Source: Bacteroidia bacterium
GTDB taxonomy: Bacteria > Bacteroidota > Bacteroidia > Bacteroidales > UBA932
Direction of reading: 5' to 3'
Length of the DNA stretch: 64,000 bases
NCBI GenBank assembly: GCA_030537315.1
Contig: JAUNNZ010000007.1
Coordinates: 381-64,380, forward strand
Part shown: positions 1-7,892 of the stretch, piece after piece
Numbering within the stretch: position 1 is the first letter of the stretch
Layout: each line of letters begins with the position of its first letter
The notes under the pieces: generated by a model
Seen by the model: the letters and a program-made list of their open reading frames with translations, nothing else
Database searches by the model: none
Told to the model about the DNA's origin: nothing
Position numbers and translations under genes: made by a program

Positions 1-56
1 CGCAATCCCGTGAAGGATGCAAGGATGACAAACAGAGAAATCAATGCTTTTTTCAT
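1..56 (-). CDS. 5' end of an exported protein that continues beyond the window edge (MKKALISLFVILASFTGL...)
   Basis: ATG at 56-54, 2 nt after the stop of the 59..448 gene; reads as a Sec signal peptide. Confidence 0.65.
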   Translation of the reverse strand, partial: MKKALISLFVILASFTGL

Positions 57-58
57 AA

Positions 59-448
59 TCAATACTGATTGAAGTCAACACCCTTCTGAACCACGTTGAG
101 AGAAGACGTCACCGTGCCGCCGATACCATTTGTCGTGAACAGGACAAGCGCCTGCCTTTCCTGCGAATCAAGGGATTCATCGTTGGCCGATGCCGAAACC
201 CTTATTTCTCTCGAACTCTTCCAGGAATCTGCAGACAATGTAAGCCAGCCGGTCTGTCCTCCGGAATACCTGATCTCTGCAGTCCAGGCTGCAGTAGAGA
301 CAACCTTGACAATGGCATATGAATCACCGCAGTCAAGAACCACCGCATCCGGTTCAACCTTTACGGAAGCGGGATCCTCCTGTTCGCACGAACACAGCGA
401 CAAGGCGGCCGCCGCCATCATCGCCAATATCTTTGTAATTTTTCTCAT
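59..448 (-). CDS. BACON-domain lipoprotein
   Basis: Likely start MRKITK at 448; lipobox SLCSC; BACON-like pattern (V.STAAW.A, WLTLS, V.ASAN....R.A...F, L.VVQKG). Confidence 0.75.
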   Translation of the reverse strand: MRKITKILAMMAAAALSLCSCEQEDPASVKVEPDAVVLDCGDSYAIVKVVSTAAWTAEIRYSGGQTGWLTLSADSWKSSREIRVSASANDESLDSQERQALVLFTTNGIGGTVTSSLNVVQKGVDFNQY

Positions 449-475
449 TTCTCCATCATTAAGAAGCATCAGCTC

Positions 476-2821
476 CTATATGTCACGTTCCTGATATTCA
501 AACACGGTATTTCCAATGCGGAACTTGCGTCCGCGATAAAGCCTGATTTTCTTCCCGGCCGCCAATGCCCGATTATTGACCGTTATGCCGTCTTCAACGG
601 CGAACAGGTAAAGGGCGCCGTTGACCATCTTTATTTCAGCTTTCTTCGGGCCGATGCCCGGAGAGACATCCCAGGACATCTCAAGTGTGCAGTCAATGGA
701 CTTACCTATTGTGACAACTGTATTCGGATTCGATGCAAACCACTTGTAAAGAGCGATGTCCATTTCCTTTATCGCACCGCTAGCGTGAAGGAAGAACCGC
801 TCGGAACGTGGCTCTGCGTGTGCAAGGCCGATGGCAATACCGATTGCAAATATCTCAAAAGTATAAACCATATATGGCCTGTAATCCAATGAGAGCCGGA
901 ACGAGAAGAATGACCATAAGAACATGGTGCCCACGCAAATGGCAACAACCACGAAAAGTGAACGGGCATTTATCTTGAAATTCGTTCCATATGACGAACA
1001 GAGGGCTACCACTACGCCGGACAATGTCCATGGTATCCAGTCAATGATGATCGAATTGCTCTGAAGATTCAACAGGATATCCGCGACCGTAGCCAGAAAG
1101 AAGAGCAAAGAAGCACATATACCGGCAATACCCGACCTTGCCAGGATACCCAGCAGTCTTGCATGATGGCCACGACGCCGCACCGACACGAAGCAGAACG
1201 CCATCGTAAGTATGAATATCATTATGAATGCGAACGACGGCAGCAACAGCGGGATATGTTCGATGGACACGTTGAGTTTTTCGGATATTGAGTGAATCAC
1301 ACGGCTGTCGAAGCCTTTGTATGCCGTAAGATACAGTACCCATACAAGCAATCCCCCAAGGACAGCCACGACGACCCATTTAAGATAGTATGGGGCGTTG
1401 CGTATGTCGAACCTGTTCTCCTTGTTGTAATAATGCGCACCATGCCTGCAATTCCTGCCATACTCCGGACAGTGATAATCATTTTCCTCCCAACAGCTCA
1501 TATGCATCGTATGTTCGCATCTTGCGACGACTTCGTCACCGGCCGCATACGGAGCCTTGCAATAGTAACAGGTGTCGCCGACAAGTACTCCCGATATGCT
1601 CATATTGGCATCAGTATATCTTCCCGTATATTTCTTTTTGAATCGTTTATACTGGATCGCCGGAATCAGCAACTGGCACACCAGGTAAAAGAGGAAAAGA
1701 ATCGCCATTGTGAAGATAATGCCCCTGGCAAGCATCACATCGGTAGGAGATGGGTTGACCAATATCGGCTTGAAGAAACTTCCCATCACTATCCCCGTGG
1801 ATCCGGAAGCTACTTTTTCTCCATTGTGATAACAATCGATCACCAATGTTTTTCCGAATCCTGAATACATCTTGTGGTCAGGGTTCTCGAACACGAACCG
1901 ATAATCGGTGTAATCGATATGAAGCTTCTTGAAAATCTCATTTTCAATCTTCACCCAGTCGAACCCATCGAAGATGTTGCCTCCGGTGTTCCGGCAGATG
2001 GTACTCAGGAACGGATACGCATCGTGCTGTTCCTCCGCAGCGACAAGATCGCCGAAAATATCGACAAAATACATCAGATGATGCGCATCGGTGCGCATCG
2101 ACTTGTCCAGAAGTTCTGTTTTTATCTTGAAATAGTTGTCGTCAATCGCGAATCCGTCATCATAGAACACTTTGCCATCAGAAAGGACAAGTAAAACACG
2201 CTCCGAAACATCTGAGAAAGGACCGTTCTGATCGGAAAGGAGATTGAGACCGCGGGAAATCGAACTGTACAGGCGTTTTTCCTCCGTATCAACCGATTTG
2301 AAATAATTATCAAGGACGTATTCAGACGGAGCCATTATCCCACTTGTCTCATATTTCCTTGAAATGAAGGCGACATAAAGGTTGTTGTTAGTGAAAAGGG
2401 TGCTCATTTCCTCCACGGCTGCACGCTCCTTGTCAACCATATCCTGAGGCAGGGTGAGATCCACAAGCACAAGCATCTTCATGTTCAAGGCAACGACCTG
2501 AGCCGCGCCTGTACGCTGAACATCCACCAGATCCGGCTGGGCACCCTGGAACGAAGGACGCCCGAGATAATCAAGTTCCACAACGTCATAAACGACGTCC
2601 GGACTGACCAAAGAGACAGAGCCTATGCTCTGGGCAACCCTTGTATCAACCGTGAATGTCTTGTAATCATCCGAGAAAATAACATCGGTGACTTCAAGCG
2701 TTTTCTTTTCTTTCCCAGTGGAAGCCGGTAAAATATCCTCCAATGGGTTATTGACATTGGCGCATCCTGCCACTGTCAGAAGTGGCACGACGGACAGCAA
2801 TATGCGCCGTATGAATTTCAT
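476..2821 (-). CDS. Membrane protein: lipoprotein signal + vWA + TM + RING-like zinc finger + about 6 TM + degenerate FHA (putative E3 ligase)
   Basis: Lipobox TVAGC; vWA strands MLVLVDLT and LLVLSDG; CYYC-x13-CEHTMHMSC-x7-CPEYGRNC; seven hydrophobic segments; C-terminal VTIGK...IRLYRGRKFRIGNTVFEY FHA-like fold. Confidence 0.75.
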   Translation of the reverse strand: MKFIRRILLSVVPLLTVAGCANVNNPLEDILPASTGKEKKTLEVTDVIFSDDYKTFTVDTRVAQSIGSVSLVSPDVVYDVVELDYLGRPSFQGAQPDLVDVQRTGAAQVVALNMKMLVLVDLTLPQDMVDKERAAVEEMSTLFTNNNLYVAFISRKYETSGIMAPSEYVLDNYFKSVDTEEKRLYSSISRGLNLLSDQNGPFSDVSERVLLVLSDGKVFYDDGFAIDDNYFKIKTELLDKSMRTDAHHLMYFVDIFGDLVAAEEQHDAYPFLSTICRNTGGNIFDGFDWVKIENEIFKKLHIDYTDYRFVFENPDHKMYSGFGKTLVIDCYHNGEKVASGSTGIVMGSFFKPILVNPSPTDVMLARGIIFTMAILFLFYLVCQLLIPAIQYKRFKKKYTGRYTDANMSISGVLVGDTCYYCKAPYAAGDEVVARCEHTMHMSCWEENDYHCPEYGRNCRHGAHYYNKENRFDIRNAPYYLKWVVVAVLGGLLVWVLYLTAYKGFDSRVIHSISEKLNVSIEHIPLLLPSFAFIMIFILTMAFCFVSVRRRGHHARLLGILARSGIAGICASLLFFLATVADILLNLQSNSIIIDWIPWTLSGVVVALCSSYGTNFKINARSLFVVVAICVGTMFLWSFFSFRLSLDYRPYMVYTFEIFAIGIAIGLAHAEPRSERFFLHASGAIKEMDIALYKWFASNPNTVVTIGKSIDCTLEMSWDVSPGIGPKKAEIKMVNGALYLFAVEDGITVNNRALAAGKKIRLYRGRKFRIGNTVFEYQERDI

Positions 2822-2860
2822 ATGATATAAATAAAGTTACTCAATAATCCTGGCCACCTG

Positions 2861-3745
2861 TCAAATGCACGGGTAGTCATCATCTTTCTTGCCAAGACCT
2901 TCCATCATCTGCTTCGCATTCTCCTTCAGTTGCTTCGCTGCTTTCAGTTTCGACTGCATCATTGAAATGAACATCAGCACCACGGCAACAGCGGCAAGAC
3001 CAAGAAGATAATCCTTTATTCTCTGGATAAAAGGCTTGTAGGCAGCTTCCTGAATCTTAGCCGACGTATTCTTTATGACGATGAAGTGGTCTTCCAACTT
3101 ATCCATTTCAGGCTGAAGTGACGGTACAAGTTCAACCGCCGCCTTCGCCTTGTCGTATTTCTCTTGAATTTCAGCGAACAGCAACTGTTCCTTTCCTTTC
3201 AGCTTCTCAAGTTCGCTCTGGGTCCTTTGTGACATTGAAAGGGCATTGGCCTGCTTGAACATCCTGATGTACAGCGAATCCTGCGACTCTATATAACCGA
3301 CGGATTCCCTGAATTCCGTCTGCGCATCCATCTTTGATTTCAGTTCTGTCATCGCTGCGACCAGAGCCTCGTCGACCTGGCCATAATCGGCAACCTCCTG
3401 CATCAGTCTTTCGTGGTCGGCAATGAAACCCTGATAAGATTGATAATATGTATTCCAGCGGAGCTTCGCTGAATTGTAACGCCTGTTAATATCAGGGTAG
3501 ACATCACTCGGTGCTCCAGGAATTGCATCCGAGATCTCCTCCAGTTCAGAAATGAATGCCCGTATCTTTCTGCTTACCTGCAGCAGCATCTGCCTGTCTT
3601 CCATATCGATGGTTGCGGGAGAAGCCGCAGGGGCAGGGGCAGTAGCCGGTGCAGTGGAGGCGGAAGCATCCTGCGCAAAAGCCGAAGTCCCTGCCGTTGC
3701 AAGAAGCAACAGCACAGATAACAAATATTTCTTTAAAACTGTCAT
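2861..3745 (-). CDS. Exported helical protein with C-terminal TM anchor and Lys-rich tail, unknown function
   Basis: Signal peptide ending AFA-Q; Ala/Pro linker; coiled-coil-like body; TM YLLGLAAVAVVLMFISMM; ATGA overlap with the upstream gene. Confidence 0.8.
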   Translation of the reverse strand: MTVLKKYLLSVLLLLATAGTSAFAQDASASTAPATAPAPAASPATIDMEDRQMLLQVSRKIRAFISELEEISDAIPGAPSDVYPDINRRYNSAKLRWNTYYQSYQGFIADHERLMQEVADYGQVDEALVAAMTELKSKMDAQTEFRESVGYIESQDSLYIRMFKQANALSMSQRTQSELEKLKGKEQLLFAEIQEKYDKAKAAVELVPSLQPEMDKLEDHFIVIKNTSAKIQEAAYKPFIQRIKDYLLGLAAVAVVLMFISMMQSKLKAAKQLKENAKQMMEGLGKKDDDYPCI

Positions 3746-4842
3746 TTTATAATCTGCCTGCTATAATTTGCCGCCTTCTGGAAGATGGAATAAGCCCTTC
3801 TCTGCTCGGCATCAACAAGTCCGTTTGTCTTGACCATATTCTCGATGTCAGCAATCATATCTTCATTCTCCGACGCCATGTCGCGCCGCTCGACAGGATC
3901 ATCCGAAAGCAGCCATTTGGACACATTGCCGTCTATTACCCTCGCGGTCTTGAGCAGAAGCGAGGCATCCACGCCAAGTTTCTTCGGCGTATAGACACAT
4001 TTCATCACCGCCACCGAATCGACGAAATCATTGTAAACGTTCCATATATTCTGCAGGGCGGTGCAGGATGTTGTTATATCCTTGTGGACAAACTGGGACA
4101 TAACAGCCTGTTTCAACTGTGCAAAGACATCTGCTAATTCCTGAGAATCGGCAACGCCGCCTTTCGAGTTTTCCTTCAGGGCATTATAATTCTGGAACAG
4201 ATTTTCCAATGTGGTGTTGGCCGCGGATATCTCCTCATCCTTCCCGAAGCACGGGTTATGACCGATCGTTATATTGTACCGCGTCTGCAAGTCCTTCCCA
4301 GTCATGATCTCTTGTCCTTCAAGCAGATAAATATCCCGCAACGTCACACTGACATTGTTCCCGGGAAGGACATCGAACACCTGTTCGATATAGTCATTGA
4401 CCATCTGGAATTCCGTAGGCTGCGGCTGCAGGCCCTTGTATTCAACCCATTTGTTGAAAATATATTTGGAACGCGGAGACTTGATCGTCCTGATGAGCTC
4501 CTTGCTGAAACGGAACTTGGATTTCGGCTCTGCGTTTATCACATACGGGAACTTGTCCGGGATAATCCTGCCGAAGAAATTGATGATGGACTGATATCTC
4601 ACCGGCTCGCGGAATACGAACAGACTGCGATATGAAATCACGCTCAAGGTAAGAGTGTTCTTCTCTTCGCTGTACTGGAATTTCACCATCACATCGGTGT
4701 CTCTCGAGTCCTGCTTAAGCGCGATATGGTCGGTATATGATTCTTCATTGCTGACATATATATCCTTGACGCTCTGTCCCTTCACCATCGTGCCGGACAG
4801 CAGCATCAATCCAAGAATAACTGCTTTACTTGAAATTCTCAT
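3742..4842 (-). CDS. Exported hypothetical protein of the T6SS/Ubl operon
   Basis: Likely start MRISSK at 4842, 4 nt after the E2 stop; signal peptide; beta-rich N-half and helical C-half. Confidence 0.75.
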   Translation of the reverse strand: MRISSKAVILGLMLLSGTMVKGQSVKDIYVSNEESYTDHIALKQDSRDTDVMVKFQYSEEKNTLTLSVISYRSLFVFREPVRYQSIINFFGRIIPDKFPYVINAEPKSKFRFSKELIRTIKSPRSKYIFNKWVEYKGLQPQPTEFQMVNDYIEQVFDVLPGNNVSVTLRDIYLLEGQEIMTGKDLQTRYNITIGHNPCFGKDEEISAANTTLENLFQNYNALKENSKGGVADSQELADVFAQLKQAVMSQFVHKDITTSCTALQNIWNVYNDFVDSVAVMKCVYTPKKLGVDASLLLKTARVIDGNVSKWLLSDDPVERRDMASENEDMIADIENMVKTNGLVDAEQRRAYSIFQKAANYSRQIIK

Positions 4843-4846
4843 ACAG

Positions 4847-5401
4847 TTAAAAATAAATCCATTCATTCGGTTCACCCTGGCGGATGACCCAGGCCGCCAC
4901 CTGCTGGTCTTCAGGATATGGCGGCTCATTCACAGCGTGATAACGTTCGTACCGCAAATATTCTTCTATCCTTCCTATGCCCCAGGCCAGGCTCGTATAG
5001 CTGCTGAACCTGTTCAGGCAAACATGCCCTGCCATCTTGCCGAACCACCTTATGTTCGGATGCCAGGGATGGGCTATCGGTGTCCCATCGGCGGCAGAGG
5101 TCAGGAACCTGAATTCCGCTGGCGCATCAACACAAGGGAACTCTTCAGGCAAATCTATGCAAAGCAGGAAGCTGTCAGCGAACAGAGGTGGATTCTGAAC
5201 GCCGGGCATTCCAAGCGCCTCAACGTTCTCCACTCCGCAGATACTGCGTATGTGGTACTCCACTTCGTAGCGCGTGGGCATCCCGGCCGCGTTATGAAGC
5301 AGCGGCCGGCAGATGACATCACCACGACCGTCGAACTGTTTGCCGATCTCCTGCCATTCAATCAGCAGACGCCTGTCTCTCCCCTTCAGATCCATAGACA
5401 C
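4847..5401 (-). CDS. Ubiquitin-conjugating enzyme E2-like protein (UBC fold)
   Basis: N-terminal RRLLIEW helix, IDLPEEFP..DAPAEFRF, and HPWHPNI-x7-GHVCL matching the UBC HPN-I...G.ICL active-site signature (Cys codon 5020-5018). Confidence 0.88.
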   Translation of the reverse strand: MSMDLKGRDRRLLIEWQEIGKQFDGRGDVICRPLLHNAAGMPTRYEVEYHIRSICGVENVEALGMPGVQNPPLFADSFLLCIDLPEEFPCVDAPAEFRFLTSAADGTPIAHPWHPNIRWFGKMAGHVCLNRFSSYTSLAWGIGRIEEYLRYERYHAVNEPPYPEDQQVAAWVIRQGEPNEWIYF

Positions 5402-5718
5402 TAACCCGGGAACGGGTCGGGTATTATGAACACAGTATCGTCATTGTGGACGTTGTAGTCAACAAGCTTCTGGTCGGTCTTGCCGATTCGAGGGCGCATC
5501 ACCCGCACGCGGTGGTCGTCAGCGTCCTCCTTTGCAAAGAAATATTCAAGCGGAGCGCCCGTGTCGTCCAGCGACGGGAAATCGAAAATCAATTTTCCGT
5601 CGGAGCCCGTAGCGTGGCGCAAATTGTCCATCAGGGTGGAGAGCGGTGCGTCAGGGTTGGTAACGCGGAACTTCACCTTCCTGTTGAGATAGACAATGTT
5701 CAAAAAGTAATCTTCCAT
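5401..5718 (-). CDS. Ubiquitin-like (beta-grasp) protein ending in Gly
   Basis: C-terminal QKLVDYNVHNDDTVFIIPDPFPG aligns without gaps to the ubiquitin tail [23 protein letters not shown]; stop overlaps the E2 start. Confidence 0.78.
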   Translation of the reverse strand: MEDYFLNIVYLNRKVKFRVTNPDAPLSTLMDNLRHATGSDGKLIFDFPSLDDTGAPLEYFFAKEDADDHRVRVMRPRIGKTDQKLVDYNVHNDDTVFIIPDPFPG

Positions 5719-5731
5719 ATTCGTTTCAATG

Positions 5732-7414
5732 TTATGACTCTGAAAGGATGATCTTCAACCTTATCGGATATATGCCGGCACTGCGCACAAACAGGCCTTT
5801 CTCTATCCTGGAGGCCACTAAGACAGGGTCCTGGCCCAGGCTCCTGCGCACGAAAGTATTGTCTTTCAGGGTGATTGCAACATTTATCTGGTATCCGCAG
5901 TCACGCGTGTCCGTCTGTTCACGATGAATCCGGATTGATTTTATCATATTCTGACCCAAGCCGTAACGTACAGAAAGTTCCGTAACACAGAACAGCCTGA
6001 TGTCGGCGGGAGTCACGATGCGGCTGTTGGTCGCAAGATAGAGCGACGCCATTTCAGGATAGTCGGAGACATTTAGCTCATCCCTGCCCGGGACGGGTGG
6101 GGCGAGAAGATGCACGCTTCCCGGGTCTATACCCAGCGGCGCAGAGAAGGCAACATCACCTTCAAGTGACGGGTTGACCGCAGCGCCGTCCGTTATGAGA
6201 TACTGAACATCAATATTGACTTCGGTCTTATGTCCCACAGGGCCCTGTCGCAGAATAAGGTACGTACCGGATGCGCGCCCCTCCCCGTCACGGGCCGCAA
6301 CGTTGAGCATCTTGTCCACCAGTCCGTTCACAGCCTGGATTGTCTTGTCGCCATTCCTTGAATGGATATCCTGGAAGGCATAAAAATCAGACGAGAACTT
6401 GGCGGAAAGGCTTGTGAGCAATCGGACCAGGCTGCTCCGGTTGAAACGGTCCGCAGCAACTTTCCGCACCTGGACGATACAGTTATGGAAAACCAATTCC
6501 GTCGAAGGACGCATCATCTGCAGGAACTGGCAGGACTCCCCGCCGACACGTGAGAAAGGTGCGCTTGACGAAAGGCTCGTCTCCTGAATGGATGCATTCA
6601 CAAGAATGGCCGGATTGAGTACCAGATTATCCTTGTCCATAGGATAATCGACAGGTATGCCTTCGAATTCAAACTCCAGTTCTATAAGTCCTTTCTCAGC
6701 ATATCCGTATTCCTGAGGGTCGTGCTCCTCAACGGTAAAAAGGCATACATTGTGTGAATTGAACATATCCATCACACCGACGGAATTGTCATACGCCTGA
6801 CTTCTGTTGAAAAGCATCGTATCAAGGGAGAATGCGTCACTGAACGGGAGGTTGGCCGGTTCCCAAGGCTTTGAGATCAGGAGCTGCTTTCCTCCACAAT
6901 ATATCTTCAGATTCGAGAAACCGGAATCCTTCACCACGAAAGAGAATCCGCTCAGATCCTCCACGTTGTCCAGGAACTTCAAGGCCACCTTCCACCTTCT
7001 TCCATCCAGCCTGACAACGGATTGGACGTGAGAGTTGAACGCACGCGTCTTCAAAAGGGGAATGAACTTGAAATCGGTGCCCTCGATGGTAAAAACGGAG
7101 CCGGAATTCAATTCCACCTCATTGATGTTGTCGCTCAACTTCATCGAGACCAGAATGTTGGCCGGCTCGGCGTGCCCCGCCATATACGGCAGCACGGCCT
7201 GGGTATATTCATCTATGACATCACCCTTGAGCCGCTCTATCTCGGCATCTATCTCGTTGGCCTGATAGGCCATCGCTATCATAAGCAGATTGAAGACAGG
7301 GTCATTCTCCAGACCTTCAAGATAGTCGCTCTGGTCGCTCTGGCGCCAGATGTTCATCGCTTCCTTGAGAAGGTCCTCGGCTCGCTGCCTCGTTTCAAAC
7401 GTTGTTTTCTTCAT
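5732..7414 (-). CDS. tssF: T6SS baseplate subunit TssF (Bacteroidota type, divergent)
   Basis: N-terminal W....LE..ENDPVFNLL..AMAY and C-terminal TNSRIVTPADIRLFC motifs typical of T6SSiii TssF; 560 aa; context. Confidence 0.8.
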   Translation of the reverse strand: MKKTTFETRQRAEDLLKEAMNIWRQSDQSDYLEGLENDPVFNLLMIAMAYQANEIDAEIERLKGDVIDEYTQAVLPYMAGHAEPANILVSMKLSDNINEVELNSGSVFTIEGTDFKFIPLLKTRAFNSHVQSVVRLDGRRWKVALKFLDNVEDLSGFSFVVKDSGFSNLKIYCGGKQLLISKPWEPANLPFSDAFSLDTMLFNRSQAYDNSVGVMDMFNSHNVCLFTVEEHDPQEYGYAEKGLIELEFEFEGIPVDYPMDKDNLVLNPAILVNASIQETSLSSSAPFSRVGGESCQFLQMMRPSTELVFHNCIVQVRKVAADRFNRSSLVRLLTSLSAKFSSDFYAFQDIHSRNGDKTIQAVNGLVDKMLNVAARDGEGRASGTYLILRQGPVGHKTEVNIDVQYLITDGAAVNPSLEGDVAFSAPLGIDPGSVHLLAPPVPGRDELNVSDYPEMASLYLATNSRIVTPADIRLFCVTELSVRYGLGQNMIKSIRIHREQTDTRDCGYQINVAITLKDNTFVRRSLGQDPVLVASRIEKGLFVRSAGIYPIRLKIILSES

Positions 7415-7430
7415 CTGTTTCCCTGTTTTA

Positions 7431-7889
7431 TCAGTTCCATACCATTATTCGCTTGTGGAACTGGTAGTCCTCGCCTGTTTCAATTATGATACCTGTCACC
7501 ACTATGTGGATCGCACGCTCCTCCCTCATATATGTCATAGCCACCTTCAATTCGCCAAGACGTTTTTCAACCCTGGCTATCGCCGACTTCAATTCAGACG
7601 CGAAAGTGTTGAAATTCCTGGAGTTACCGGAAATTTTCTTTTCATATATGCTTGTGTCCAGAAGAGGAGTGATGTCCTCCTCCCCAACGTCAAGCACAAC
7701 ACCTTCCTTCTCGTCTATCTGCTCGAAACGCAGGTTCGAAAGGACAAAGCCGAACTTCGGATCTATAGGATTGCTGAACAGAGGCGTGGATATCACAAGC
7801 GATATCGATTCGTCAATCGCCTCCTTCAGGTTCTTGTGCCGGACGAACTTCCCGTCCTTTATGGTAAGTGGCAGAGACAGGTCTCCCAT
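7431..7889 (-). CDS. tssE: T6SS baseplate subunit TssE (gp25/GPW family)
   Basis: SISLVIST...DPKFG.....FE and SAIARVEKRL gp25-like motifs; 152 aa. Confidence 0.82.
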   Translation of the reverse strand: MGDLSLPLTIKDGKFVRHKNLKEAIDESISLVISTPLFSNPIDPKFGFVLSNLRFEQIDEKEGVVLDVGEEDITPLLDTSIYEKKISGNSRNFNTFASELKSAIARVEKRLGELKVAMTYMREERAIHIVVTGIIIETGEDYQFHKRIMVWN

Positions 7890-7892
7890 AAG

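Noticed and set aside
4655-5404. Long opposite-strand ORFs (also 9631..10377, 16743..17456, 27677..28450, 33697..34491, 42848..43765, 54400..55122)
   Set aside because: Antisense shadows of well-supported genes, with no recognisable motifs
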